Positions 9,229-19,645 of a DNA stretch of 64,000 nucleotides are shown here, in pieces. The notes beneath the pieces were generated by a model. It made no database searches, had not been told where the DNA came from, and worked only from the letters and a program-made list of their open reading frames with translations. Both the position numbers and the translations under genes were made by a program. The DNA is taken from positions 6,056 to 70,055 of the forward strand of contig CAZJFT010000001.1 in NCBI GenBank assembly GCA_964545585.1, given 5' to 3'. The DNA is from an uncultured Methanosarcinales archaeon. GTDB taxonomy: Archaea; Nanobdellota; Nanobdellia; Woesearchaeales; UBA9642. Numbering within the stretch: the first letter of the stretch is position 1; each line of letters opens with the position of its first letter.

Positions 9229-10869
9229 ATGAAAAAGACATTTAGCATAAAATCAAGAAATAAAATCAAAAAGACATTAAAGAAAATACTCTGGGGCATA
9301 ATCTTCTTGACAACGATATATGCGGCCAATTCATTGCAATTCACAGAAATAATGTACAATCCCCAAGGCAGTGATACAGGCAGGGAGTGGATCGAGCTTT
9401 CAAATCCTGGATGCGAGAACTTAGAAGAGTATAAGCTTCTGGAGAATAACATAAATCACAATATAATACGTTATTCTGAAGGCATATGCAATAATACGAT
9501 AATATGTGACGATTGCGGCCTGTTCTTGGATGATTATAATGTTAGCTCCTTAATTTATGAAAGCTCGTTCACTCTCAGCAACACAGGTGAATTCATTGCA
9601 ATCACATATAATAACACAATCGTAGATTACGTGAATTACACAAATATGGAAAACATAGAAGGCATGTCCATAACAATGCAGGACGAATGGGTGCATATGG
9701 TGCCGACTCCAGGATACCATATAATTTTGAACATGAGCATCAATCAGACAAACAATCAAACAGATAACCAGACAATAAACATCACAATTAACCAGACAGT
9801 CGATCAGACGATGAACGACACCATAAACCTGACAATTAACATTACGACAAATGAAACCATAAACAGTAGCACAAATAACGATACAGGCAACATGATAATA
9901 ACTAATTCTACAGGTAAAGAAGAGAAATGCAATGTAACAATAGGGTTGAAGATAAAGGAGGAAAAAGGAATATATTATAATAAGGACACTATAAAGTTCT
10001 ATAACACTCTGAACGTGACACCTGCACAAAAAAAGGAATTCTATATAGAATACTGGATTGAAGACGTATACGGGAACATATTGAAGAACAAAGTCCAGAC
10101 GAACAACTTAAATGAGAAGACATACACTCCGAACACGAATGAGAGGACGATTGCGGCAGTATTCAAGAATCGAATAATAAACATCACTTGTGATTATGGG
10201 GAGGCAAACATCCTGAATGAAACTGCAGAGGATATGATAGTTATAAAGAATCTGGAATATAAAGAAAAAGAGTGCGAAAAATGCGAAAAATACTATTCTG
10301 ATAAAGATGCAGAAAAGGAATCGCAATTGAAGACAAATATAGATGAAGATATCCTGAAAATTGAAGCATATCGCGGAAACGACAGGAAATATATCATAAA
10401 TACAGCAATAAAAAATGGGAAAGACAGGAACGCAATAACGCCGATTAAGATAAGTTTAGAAAAATATTCCGGAATGACCATCGACATCCCTATATTAATA
10501 GGAGATTGCGGACAATATAGGATAATCACTGAAGGATTAGGCTTCATAGAGGAGAAAGGATATGTGATTGAATGCAAAGATACGGATTATGACGGATTAC
10601 AAAATGAAAAGACAGAAAAGATAGTTGCAATTGAACCTATAGAAAAAGGACAAACAGGACAAATAGAACAACAAGAAGCAGGAAACGCGACAACAAATAT
10701 TTCGCAGTTCTTCCACAACAGCATCACAGGAAAAGTCATGTATGAATCAAGGAATGAAGAAACAAAAAAGTATAGTCTTATAGGCACAATATTTCTGATT
10801 TCTGGTTCTGCGATATATGCAGCATATAAGCTATTTATAGCGAAGAAAACCACACCAAAAGATTTATAA
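9229..10869 (+). CDS. Surface/secreted protein with lamin-tail domain (LTD), NxT-rich glycosylation repeat region, C-terminal TM anchor
   Basis: 546 aa; N-terminal signal/TM; LTD signature FTEIMYNPQGSDTGREWIELSNPG; ~55-aa run of NQT/NIT/NET sequons; C-terminal hydrophobic helix + KK. Confidence 0.6.
   Translation: MKKTFSIKSRNKIKKTLKKILWGIIFLTTIYAANSLQFTEIMYNPQGSDTGREWIELSNPGCENLEEYKLLENNINHNIIRYSEGICNNTIICDDCGLFLDDYNVSSLIYESSFTLSNTGEFIAITYNNTIVDYVNYTNMENIEGMSITMQDEWVHMVPTPGYHIILNMSINQTNNQTDNQTINITINQTVDQTMNDTINLTINITTNETINSSTNNDTGNMIITNSTGKEEKCNVTIGLKIKEEKGIYYNKDTIKFYNTLNVTPAQKKEFYIEYWIEDVYGNILKNKVQTNNLNEKTYTPNTNERTIAAVFKNRIINITCDYGEANILNETAEDMIVIKNLEYKEKECEKCEKYYSDKDAEKESQLKTNIDEDILKIEAYRGNDRKYIINTAIKNGKDRNAITPIKISLEKYSGMTIDIPILIGDCGQYRIITEGLGFIEEKGYVIECKDTDYDGLQNEKTEKIVAIEPIEKGQTGQIEQQEAGNATTNISQFFHNSITGKVMYESRNEETKKYSLIGTIFLISGSAIYAAYKLFIAKKTTPKDL
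9740..9900 (+). repeat. Low-complexity coding repeat (N-x-T sequon array) inside LTD protein gene
   Basis: caatcagacaaacaatcaaacagataaccagacaataaacatcacaattaaccagaca... repetitive aac/cag/aca triplets. Confidence 0.6.
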
Positions 10870-10892
10870 AAAACATCACTCTCTTTCAGAGT

Positions 10893-11480
10893 ATGAAAGA
10901 CAAGGAAATAAAGGAATTTATAGCAAAAGGACATATATTATGCAAAGTAATATTTGAGATGGCCGGGAACCCTAAAGAGCACGTTGAATCTTCATTGAAA
11001 AAATACATTTCTGCAATAAAAGAAGATCCTAATTATATATTCATGAACGAATATTTCGCTCCTGCAGAAGAGAATGAAGGAATATGGAGCACTTTCTTCG
11101 AATCGGACGTGCTTGTATCAAATTTCGAGAAGTTGAACTTGCTTTGTTTCAACCTGACTCCTGCAAGCATAGAGATAATAGAGCCAGAAAATTTTACATT
11201 GACACAAAAAGAGCTGACATATTGGTATAATGACCTGCTGTCCAAGCTACATGAAGTATCTATCACATTGAAAAACTTCACTTCTGAGAATGAGATGCTG
11301 AAAGTAAACCTAAATAGGGCCATAAGGAACAGCATAGTTCTATCATTAACAGAACCTAAGTCGGTTGAAGAGATATCTGCAAAAGTAGGGATAGACAAGG
11401 AGCATATACAACCATTCATAGATGCGTTAGTTAAAGAGAAGAGCATAATTGTCGACGGTAATAAATATATGAAAAAATGA
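10893..11480 (+). CDS. Hypothetical protein with C-terminal winged-helix; possible divergent ScpA/kleisin partner of ScpB
   Basis: 195 aa; ATGA overlap with downstream ScpB (operon); C-terminus SVEEISAKVGIDKEHIQPFIDALVKEKSII looks wHTH; no canonical ScpA N-terminal motif seen. Confidence 0.3.
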   Translation: MKDKEIKEFIAKGHILCKVIFEMAGNPKEHVESSLKKYISAIKEDPNYIFMNEYFAPAEENEGIWSTFFESDVLVSNFEKLNLLCFNLTPASIEIIEPENFTLTQKELTYWYNDLLSKLHEVSITLKNFTSENEMLKVNLNRAIRNSIVLSLTEPKSVEEISAKVGIDKEHIQPFIDALVKEKSIIVDGNKYMKK

Positions 11481-12670
11481 AGAGTTCTAAGAAAAATAAA
11501 AGTAAGAATCTATCGATAAAGAAAAAAAATTCTAAGAAGATAGTTGAAAATCCGAAAATTAAACAAAAAAGGGAAATTAAGAAACCTGAGATAGAAGAAA
11601 TAAAGCAAGAAACACTCCCTATAAAAGAAAAGATAATTGAAACCCTTATAGAGGATAAAATAGAAGAAGAACCTCTTGTTGAAGATGTTGAAAAAATATC
11701 GCCTGAGCCAGTAAAAGCAAAATCAGGAAAAAAAACAATTATAAAAACTGAAGAGGATATAAATGATGAAAAAAATAAGGTCGAAGCGCTCCTTTTTGCA
11801 CACGGAAAATATATTGATGAATCGATGATATCTGAACTCTGCGGCGTAGACAAAAGACGACTGAAGAGAGTGTTGGAGAACTTAAGAGAAGATTATGAAA
11901 AAAAAGATTCTGCGCTTGCAATATTCCAAGAAGGAAACAGCTGGAAGATAAATGTGAGGGAGAAATATCTTTCAATAGTAAGAAAAATAGTCGCTGACAC
12001 TGAATTGCCTAAATCAGTCATGGAAACATTGGCAGTCATAGCATGGAAGTCGCCTATATATCAATCCGAGATCGTCAGGATAAGAGGAAACAAATGCTAT
12101 GACCATATAGATGTATTGGAAGAAGCGGGATTTGTCACCAAAGACAAGAAAGGGAGAAGCTATGTACTGAAAACGACAGACAAGTTCTACAATTACTTCG
12201 AGATAGATCATGGGAATCTCAAGAGCATATTCGAAGAGGTCAAGGTGCCCATAAAAGAGGAGCAGAAGACGCTTGAAGAAGACATCAAAGTCCCTGAGAA
12301 TATTGATATTGAGAAGAAGATAGAGCATATAGAAGTTAAGAAATGGACAGAGACAGATGAAGAAAAAGAGCAGCAAAGACAATTTCTTGATATGATGGAA
12401 GGAAAAATACAGGAAGTCAAGCAGAAGACTGCGATTTTTGAGGAAGAGATGCCAAGTCCTAAGAGGGAAGTCACGATAATAGAGGAGACAATAATAGCGG
12501 TTCCTAAAAATGAAGAGGTACCAGAATCTTCGGAAAAGGAGAATCCCAAAAATTACGCGGAAGCAACCCAAGAAGACAATAAAAGACCTAAATCATTGAC
12601 AAAGAAGCAGCTTGAAAAGAAATTCCGTGATGAACTTCTCAGAGTAAGAGAAAAGATGGAGAAGAAATGA
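11477..12670 (+). CDS. scpB: Segregation and condensation protein B (ScpB) with K/E-rich N- and C-terminal extensions
   Basis: Core EALLFAHGKYIDESMISELCGV...SVMETLAVIAWKSPIYQSEIVRIRGNKCYDHIDVLEEAGFV...DKFYNYFEI aligns with the tandem wH domains of ScpB. Confidence 0.65.
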   Translation: MKSSKKNKSKNLSIKKKNSKKIVENPKIKQKREIKKPEIEEIKQETLPIKEKIIETLIEDKIEEEPLVEDVEKISPEPVKAKSGKKTIIKTEEDINDEKNKVEALLFAHGKYIDESMISELCGVDKRRLKRVLENLREDYEKKDSALAIFQEGNSWKINVREKYLSIVRKIVADTELPKSVMETLAVIAWKSPIYQSEIVRIRGNKCYDHIDVLEEAGFVTKDKKGRSYVLKTTDKFYNYFEIDHGNLKSIFEEVKVPIKEEQKTLEEDIKVPENIDIEKKIEHIEVKKWTETDEEKEQQRQFLDMMEGKIQEVKQKTAIFEEEMPSPKREVTIIEETIIAVPKNEEVPESSEKENPKNYAEATQEDNKRPKSLTKKQLEKKFRDELLRVREKMEKK

Positions 12671-13269
12671 TATCTGTAGATATCGAATCCAGTGGAGGAG
12701 ATTTTCTCAAGCACGGCATATTCCAGATAGGTGCGATAGACACTGATAACCCTAATAATTATTTCTTGGAGACATGCAGGATTGACGACGATGATGAGAT
12801 AGATCCACAAGCGATAATTATAACGGGCGCGAACGAAGAATCATTGAGGGATGAATCATTGCAGAGCCAGAAAGAGATGATCGAGAAATTCATCAAATGG
12901 ATGGAAACAGTACAGATAAAGAATTTCTTGTGCCATAATCCGCAATTTGACCATGCATTCATAAGATGTAAATTAAGCAAATATAATCTTCCAGATATCC
13001 TTGCATGGAGGGCCTTCGACATACACAGCATCGCGAGCTTGAAGTTTCTCGAGACAACAGGAAGCCTTTTTATAAAAGACAATGAAAGCGCCATAACCCT
13101 ATCTGCAATCATAAAATTCTGCGGCATCGATTATGAACGTGGAGAGCATAATGCTCTTGAGGATGCTGAACTGACAGCAGAATGCTACGCGCGGATAATG
13201 TATGGACGAAATCTCTTGAAGAAATATTCTGGACACCCTATACCGGAGCATTTGAGAAACAATCATTAA
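12667..13269 (+). CDS. DEDDh 3'-5' exonuclease (DnaQ/epsilon-like)
   Basis: 200 aa; Exo I DIESSG, Exo II HNPQFDHAF, Exo III HNALEDAE; ATGA overlap with scpB stop. Confidence 0.65.
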   Translation: MISVDIESSGGDFLKHGIFQIGAIDTDNPNNYFLETCRIDDDDEIDPQAIIITGANEESLRDESLQSQKEMIEKFIKWMETVQIKNFLCHNPQFDHAFIRCKLSKYNLPDILAWRAFDIHSIASLKFLETTGSLFIKDNESAITLSAIIKFCGIDYERGEHNALEDAELTAECYARIMYGRNLLKKYSGHPIPEHLRNNH

Positions 13270-13299
13270 ATTAATAAAACATTCATCATTTCTCAAACA

Positions 13300-13611
13300 A
13301 TGAAATTCTGCCCGAAATGCAAATCATTATTGAAGCCGAAAAATGGAACTTTATCATGCAGTTGCGGATATTCTCAAAGCGGAACAACAACATTAAAGAT
13401 AGAGCATGAACAGGAGCATACAATTATTGATGTCAAAGAGACAGATGGCCTTGAAAGTCTTCCAAGAACAGAAGAAGAATGCCCAAAATGCGGCAACAGC
13501 GAAGCATATTTTGGGACACAGCAAACAGGACCGTCCGACGAACCTGAAATAATAATATACAAATGCACAAAATGCAAACATACTTGGAGAAGCACAAACC
13601 ATCCATACTAA
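13300..13611 (+). CDS. tfs: Transcription factor S (TFS/RpoM; TFIIS-type zinc ribbon)
   Basis: 103 aa; N-terminal CPKC...CSCG ribbon; C-terminal CPKCG...GPSDEPEIIIYKCTKCKHTW TFIIS zinc ribbon with acidic tip. Confidence 0.85.
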   Translation: MKFCPKCKSLLKPKNGTLSCSCGYSQSGTTTLKIEHEQEHTIIDVKETDGLESLPRTEEECPKCGNSEAYFGTQQTGPSDEPEIIIYKCTKCKHTWRSTNHPY

Positions 13612-13642
13612 TCATTTATTAACTTAAAATAACTTAAAAAAA

Positions 13643-13801
13643 ATGATAATCGTAAAATGTCCCAAATGTAAACACGACATGAAATACGATCCCAAAAGCG
13701 GAGCCATAACTTCTAAATCCAAACGCTGCGTCTATTGCGGATATACTTTCAAGATACATTCTAACATAGAAAAGAGCAGGATTGTTAAAATAGAAAAATA
13801 A
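13643..13801 (+). CDS. Small zinc-ribbon protein (52 aa; possible RpoP/Rpc10-like), below ORF-track size cutoff
   Basis: MIIVKCPKCKHDMKYDPKSGAITSKSKRCVYCGYTFKIHSNIEKSRIVKIEK; two CxxC pairs; sits between tfs and gyrA. Confidence 0.4.
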   Translation: MIIVKCPKCKHDMKYDPKSGAITSKSKRCVYCGYTFKIHSNIEKSRIVKIEK

Positions 13802-13927
13802 ACTAGAAAAATCATGAATAACTATTTTCTCGTCTATAAATCCCTGAAAATCCAACCGTAACACTTATAAATATGCGTTATTTCTGCGGATGAGAGGGAA
13901 GAGGTAAAAATAGCATAATAAAATAAA

Positions 13928-16411
13928 ATGTCCGACGATAACATAGTGCAGGATCCTAACGTAAACAATGGAAATAATGGCAATTCTAAGATAATAGCTC
14001 AGCCTATTGAAGATGAGATGAAGAAATCATATTTAGATTATGCCATGTCTGTAATAGTCGGAAGAGCACTCCCTGACGTAAAAGACGGCCTTAAGCCGGT
14101 GCATAGAAGAATACTTTATGCGATGAATGAGTTGAGCAACACGTACAATAAACCATTCAAGAAGTGTGCAAGAATCGTTGGAGAGGTCCTCGGTAAGTAT
14201 CATCCTCATGGAGACAGTGCAGTATATGACTCTCTTGTAAGGATGGCACAGGATTTCTCATTAAGATATCCTCTTGTCCAGGGACAAGGTAACTTTGGCT
14301 CCATAGATGGAGATAATGCTGCAGCGATGAGATATACTGAAGCGAGGCTTTCACGAATAAGCGATGAGATGCTTCAGGACATAGATAAAGATACCGTAGA
14401 ATTCACGCCGAATTTCGATGGCACACTGAAAGAGCCTATAGTTTTACCGAGCAAATTTCCTAATCTATTGGTGAATGGTAGTTCGGGCATTGCGGTAGGC
14501 ATGGCGACAAATATCCCGCCGCACAATCTGAGGGAATCATGTGAGGCAGTAATTGCATTGATAGACAATCCTGAGATAACGATTGAAGAGATATCGCAGA
14601 TTGTAAAGGGACCGGATTTCCCCACAGGCGCAGAGATTGTGGGAAGAAAAGGGATAATCGATGCATACAAGAACGGCAAAGGCATAATACGAATAAGGTC
14701 TATAATAGATATAGAGAAAAAGAAAGAGAAGAATAGGCTCGTTGTAAAGGAAATACCTTACCAAGTCAATAAAGCAACGCTCGTAGAGGACATAGCGAAT
14801 CTTGTCAGGGACAAGAAGATAACAGAGATATCTGACTTGAGGGATGAATCGGACAGGGACGGGGTAAGGATAGTCATTGAGTTGAAGAAGGATGCAAATC
14901 CAGAGATAGTCAAGAACTTATTGTATAATCATTCAAGATTGCAGGACACATTTGGGATAAACTTCGTCGCGCTAGTGAACAATGAACCGCGGCTTTTGAG
15001 CATAAAATCTTATTTGAGCAATTATCTCGATCATAGGATAACAATAGTACGCAAGAGGACAGCATATGACCTCAAGAAGGCAGAGGAGAGAGCACACATA
15101 CTTGAGGGGTTAAGGATAGCTCTCAAGAATATCGATCCCATAGTCGCACTCATAAAGAAGAGCAAGTCTGCAGATGACGCAAAGAAAGGACTCATAGAAG
15201 GATATGCGCTCACTGAAGTGCAGGCGGCAGCAATACTTGACATGAAGCTCCAGAGGATTGCTGTACTTGAGCAGGAAAAGATAAACAATGAATTCAATGA
15301 TCTGATGGTTAAGATAAAGGAATACAAAGAGATACTTGATTCAGAAGTAAGAATAAGAGACATAATAAAATCAGAGATGAGCGAGATAATAAGTACATAT
15401 TCAAAGAATGATTCAAGAAAGACAAAGATAATCGATGTGGCAGATGAAGAATTAGACTTTGAAGTAGAGGACTTGATACCTGATGAGCCGGTAGTCATAA
15501 CGCTCACGCATTCAGGATATGTAAAGAGGGTCCCTACAGAGTATTATAAGGTACAGAACAGGGGTGGACGAGGGATAATAGCATCAGATTTGAAAGAAGG
15601 AGACTACATTGAAGACGTGTTCGTCGCAAAGACACACTCATATTTATTGATAATAACGAACAAAGGAACATTACATTGGATGAAAGTATACAAGATACCT
15701 GACGCATCAAGACAATCCATGGGCAAGGCAATAGTCAACCTGCTAGAGCTTGATGCCGATGAAAAAGTGAATGCGATAATCCCTGTAAGGGAATTCGATG
15801 ATAAGCATTATCTAGTCATGGCCACGAAGAACGGGACAATAAAGAAGACAAACTTGATAGAATTCAGCAATCCCCGAAAAGGCGGCATAATGGCCATAAA
15901 TATAGATTCAGAGAATAATGACAGACTAATAAATGTAAGGATGACAGATGGAACGAAGAATATCATGATCGCTACAAAGGGTGGTCAGGCAGCATTATTT
16001 GATGAACAGGACGTAAGGCCTACAGGAAGACAATCACAGGGAGTCAGAGGAATAAAGCTTGAGAAAGATGACGAAGTCATAGGAATGATAATAGCCGATC
16101 CTGACAAGCAAGTCCTTACATTGACAGAGAACGGTTATGGAAAGAGGACACCAACAGCGGAGTACAGGCTTATATCAAGAGGCGGAAAAGGCGTCAGGAA
16201 CATATTATGCTCAGAAAGGAATGGAAAAGTGGTTGCAGTTGTTGCTGTGAAAGATGAAGATGAAGTGATGTTGATAAGCAGGAAAGGAATACTCATAAGG
16301 ACAGAATGCTCACAGATATCACAAGTCGGCAGAAGCACGCAAGGCGTAAGGTTGATGAAATTATCGGCCGGTGACAAGGCCACAAGCATGACTAAAATCA
16401 TGAAAGAATAG
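13928..16411 (+). CDS. gyrA: DNA gyrase subunit A
   Basis: 827 aa; [20 protein letters not shown], active-site Tyr context [11 protein letters not shown]-terminal beta-pinwheel repeats; no gyrB adjacent. Confidence 0.9.
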   Translation: MSDDNIVQDPNVNNGNNGNSKIIAQPIEDEMKKSYLDYAMSVIVGRALPDVKDGLKPVHRRILYAMNELSNTYNKPFKKCARIVGEVLGKYHPHGDSAVYDSLVRMAQDFSLRYPLVQGQGNFGSIDGDNAAAMRYTEARLSRISDEMLQDIDKDTVEFTPNFDGTLKEPIVLPSKFPNLLVNGSSGIAVGMATNIPPHNLRESCEAVIALIDNPEITIEEISQIVKGPDFPTGAEIVGRKGIIDAYKNGKGIIRIRSIIDIEKKKEKNRLVVKEIPYQVNKATLVEDIANLVRDKKITEISDLRDESDRDGVRIVIELKKDANPEIVKNLLYNHSRLQDTFGINFVALVNNEPRLLSIKSYLSNYLDHRITIVRKRTAYDLKKAEERAHILEGLRIALKNIDPIVALIKKSKSADDAKKGLIEGYALTEVQAAAILDMKLQRIAVLEQEKINNEFNDLMVKIKEYKEILDSEVRIRDIIKSEMSEIISTYSKNDSRKTKIIDVADEELDFEVEDLIPDEPVVITLTHSGYVKRVPTEYYKVQNRGGRGIIASDLKEGDYIEDVFVAKTHSYLLIITNKGTLHWMKVYKIPDASRQSMGKAIVNLLELDADEKVNAIIPVREFDDKHYLVMATKNGTIKKTNLIEFSNPRKGGIMAINIDSENNDRLINVRMTDGTKNIMIATKGGQAALFDEQDVRPTGRQSQGVRGIKLEKDDEVIGMIIADPDKQVLTLTENGYGKRTPTAEYRLISRGGKGVRNILCSERNGKVVAVVAVKDEDEVMLISRKGILIRTECSQISQVGRSTQGVRLMKLSAGDKATSMTKIMKE

Positions 16412-17405
16412 GTTAGATAATAAATCGTTTTCTAATTTTCAAGAATTAAAAAAAAATACAATGCAATTACCGATAGACCTTTGAGGTCGAACCATTAATG
16501 TCCTGCTCTTCTGATTGCTCCTTTAAGCCGTTGCCCTCGTAAATACTGTGGAGAGACGATTATTGGAATTGTTGTAGGCTATTGATTATGAGTTAACAAT
16601 TATACGTTTACCGTTCATTCTTAATTTCAATAACACTCTTTTTCCCAAGTCTGCCTAGGCCAATTCCAGGCCCCAATCTCTTTTTTTGTCCATTATCCAA
16701 GCGAGTCACTTGCTTATTTTTCCTGCTTGACACTGTTAGATGTTTCTGCAGGCGGTTTACTCTTCTGAACTAACTTTATCCTTTCCTTTTGCACTTTTGT
16801 GCGGATCGGATTATGGTCCATCTCTAAGTCTTCTCTTTCCTCCTTCGGCAATTGCATTGTCTTTTCAAGAACTTTGAATGCCATCTTTTCATATAATCCT
16901 TATTCAAGATGATAATTCATTTTGGCGTTCTTGTTCTTGATTATGTAATTTCTTTGCCGCTGCTTTTATGTCGCTTTTGTCACTTCTCCCAACATTTTTT
17001 TTGCTCAACAATTGCTTGTATATTGCTACATGGTTTTTTCTGTCGTCGCTTTAAGTCGTCGCTGTCAATTCTTGTGACTATGAGGGTCCCTCCAAACATC
17101 CTCTGCCTGGAGGGGTGGATTGCGTGAATACTTTAGCGCGAAGCGATAAAGTTCTGAACGTATAGTGAACGAACTTTAGCATGATTCACATGATTTTGAA
17201 TATTCTGCCATCTATCTCATGTTTTTTTGGCTAAATCAAAGGTGTTGTTGAATTGTTAGTCTCTTCGCTAAATTCAAAACGACTGTAAATAAGGGTGTAG
17301 CTAAGCTTCTGCATAACTGCTTTTCCTTTTTTTGCATAGGCCTCCTGTTTTTGTCCAAAAGCATTTGGACTTTGAAGGTGCGAAATCAACCGCCAATACA
17401 TTCAA
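16412..17405. other. ~1 kb region without any ORF >60 aa on either strand (T-rich on plus strand); possible ncRNA or decayed gene
   Basis: Only tiny ORFs (e.g. 57-aa minus ORF 16711..16884); GC-richer hairpin gggtCCCTCCAaacatcctctgccTGGAGGGg at ~17081-17112. Confidence 0.4.
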
Positions 17406-18227
17406 TCATTTTTGAATTGATTTCTGCAGTTCTGCTATGGCCTTATTCAAGTCTTCCAACTTCTCTCCAACAATCTTGCTTATCTGCTCGTCAGATTTCA
17501 GTCTCTCAAAGCTCTGCATTAAAATCTCTTTCATCCGAGTAGTTTCTGCTAGTGCTGTTGTTGTTGACTCTTTGTTCCAGCCTATTTTTCTTTTGTTGAA
17601 TTCTTCTAACAATTCAACAAGCCTTGATAGTGAATGGTTGATGCTGTTAGTCATTAATGACATGTGCATCATTGATTTGTGGGGGTCATGGATCATGATT
17701 CTTGATTCATTGAATGTCTGCAATGCATCGATCAGTGTCAGGTTCAGAACGTCAAGCTCCTTTGCAAGCGCCTTGTCTGTTTTTGCTGCTTTCGTTTTCG
17801 AAAGCTTTTCTTGCAGTTCTTTTGACTGATTCCTGAACAAGTACAATTCTGTTATTACTTTGTGCGTCGCTTCCTCAAAGGACAGTTCTTTTATCTCTTC
17901 AAGGATCTGCTCTTGCTTCATCGAAACGAGCTTTCCGATGAACAGCCCTATTAGGCTTACGCTTCCTATCGCTTCAAGCACGGCGAGTGCCTTTGCGATT
18001 CCGATGGGGGCGATGTTTCCATATCCTAATGTCAATGCTGTAGTGAAACTGAAATATATCGAGTTGCCGAGCCCTTCGATGCTTGTGGTCAATGCCTGAC
18101 CATTGTGCATTATTGTTGCGCCTGCAAACGATAGCCCATAATAGAGGGCGCTGAACAATGCGACGTTGGAAATCCAATATGTCGCTATCTGTCTGACTGT
18201 GATTCTTTCAAATACTTCGGTCTTCAT
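17406..18227 (-). CDS. Two-TM potassium channel with C-terminal coiled-coil domain
   Basis: 273 aa; pore helix + selectivity filter TTALTLGYGNI (TxGYG); two flanking TM helices; heptad-rich C-terminus. Confidence 0.7.
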   Translation of the reverse strand: MKTEVFERITVRQIATYWISNVALFSALYYGLSFAGATIMHNGQALTTSIEGLGNSIYFSFTTALTLGYGNIAPIGIAKALAVLEAIGSVSLIGLFIGKLVSMKQEQILEEIKELSFEEATHKVITELYLFRNQSKELQEKLSKTKAAKTDKALAKELDVLNLTLIDALQTFNESRIMIHDPHKSMMHMSLMTNSINHSLSRLVELLEEFNKRKIGWNKESTTTALAETTRMKEILMQSFERLKSDEQISKIVGEKLEDLNKAIAELQKSIQK

Positions 18228-18485
18228 TTTTGTTATGGATGTCTGTTTTTTCTAATGTTCAGGCCCCGTTACTGACCATCATCACATTTGGAGTGTATCT
18301 AGGTATACGCTTTTGTATACCAATATCTATTTTAATGTCATAGCTTATATTTAAATGTTTTGTTTTGTGCGTATTTGTGCGGAAAAAATGGTCAAAAAAT
18401 AGCGATTTTTGCATAGTATAAAAAAATAAATAAAAATAAAGACAATTATTTTCAATATAGAAAATAAATAATTGAGTATTACTTT

Positions 18486-19592
18486 TTGAGCACAAAATTT
18501 AAAATCAAACAACAATTTCATCAAATAATGCTAAACAAATATGCTAAGGAAGAACTTGAAAGACAACAATATAGGATAATAGGAGAACATTCTGCAGTAA
18601 AGGTATGCGGCTGGACAAAGAACATGATCAAAGGACAGGGTGGATGTTACAAGCTAAAATTCTATGGCATAATGAGCAATCAATGCATGCAGATGACGAC
18701 AAGCATGAGCTGCGCAAATAGATGTACATTCTGCTGGAGAGGATACAAAGCCCCCGTAAGTAAGGACTGGAAATGGGGAGTTGATGAACCTGAAATGATA
18801 CTCAAAGAGAGCATAAAAGCACATCATAAACTCCTTGAAGGATATGGAGGGATGCAGCATGCAAAAGCGGCATACCAAAAATCAAAGACAGTCAAACATG
18901 TGGCATTATCACTCACTGGTGAGCCGATAATATATCCAAAAATCAACGAGATAATTGAAGGGTTCAACAAGGAAGGGATAAGCACATTCCTTGTCACGAA
19001 TGCACAATATCCTGAAGCAATAAGGGATTTGAAGCCGGTAACGCAACTATATATAAGTCTAGATGCTCCGAACAAGGAATTATTGAAAGAGGTAGACCTG
19101 CCATTATTTGATGATTATTGGGAAAGACTCAATCAAAGCCTGGTTTATCTATCCCAGAAGAAGCAGCGCACATGCATAAGGATAACTGTGATAAAATCTG
19201 TCAATGACATAGAGCCCGATAAATATGCAGAATTGATAATGAAAGGAAACCCTGATTTTATTGAAGTCAAGGCATACATGCACGTAGGCGCTTCAAGACT
19301 TAGATTGAAAAGAGAGAACATGCCATTGCATGATGAAGTCACGGCATTCACAAAGGAATTGATTAAGCATTTGCCTGATTATGAGATGGTCTCAGAACAT
19401 AGGCCTTCAAGAGTGTGGATGCTTGCAAAAAAGAAGTTCAATATTGATGGAAAATGGTTTACATGGATAGATTTTGAGAAATGGAATGCGCTTGTGAATT
19501 CTGATGTTGAACCTTTAACAATGGATTACCTCAAATTGACAACTGTAGAGTCTGGCGCTGAAGAGAAGATAGAAGAGACGGCGCTAGATTAG
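18486..19592 (+). CDS. taw1: tRNA 4-demethylwyosine synthase Taw1 (TYW1, radical SAM)
   Basis: 368 aa; GCYKLKFYGI...CANRCTFCWRG radical-SAM/TYW1 signature. Confidence 0.8.
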   Translation: MSTKFKIKQQFHQIMLNKYAKEELERQQYRIIGEHSAVKVCGWTKNMIKGQGGCYKLKFYGIMSNQCMQMTTSMSCANRCTFCWRGYKAPVSKDWKWGVDEPEMILKESIKAHHKLLEGYGGMQHAKAAYQKSKTVKHVALSLTGEPIIYPKINEIIEGFNKEGISTFLVTNAQYPEAIRDLKPVTQLYISLDAPNKELLKEVDLPLFDDYWERLNQSLVYLSQKKQRTCIRITVIKSVNDIEPDKYAELIMKGNPDFIEVKAYMHVGASRLRLKRENMPLHDEVTAFTKELIKHLPDYEMVSEHRPSRVWMLAKKKFNIDGKWFTWIDFEKWNALVNSDVEPLTMDYLKLTTVESGAEEKIEETALD

Positions 19593-19645
19593 GTGTTTAA
19601 CTGAAAAGCTTTAAATAGTATTTCTGTGATTAAATCAGTAAAGAG

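Noticed and set aside
9550-10029. 159-aa Cys-rich ORF on the minus strand (and other antisense ORFs such as 1257..1496, 2292..2795, 4175..4774, 15031..15507, 30609..31304, 58369..59199, 62653..63414)
   Set aside because: These lie entirely antisense within strongly supported genes (LTD protein, PepF, RNase J, GyrA, PAN, MCM, PolD). Their composition is mirror-image low-complexity. I treat them as spurious shadow ORFs.
16440-16520. Possible second tRNA suggested by ggtcgaacc (T-loop-like on the minus strand) in the ORF-free region
   Set aside because: No flanking acceptor, D or anticodon stems could be built by hand. Probably a chance match.
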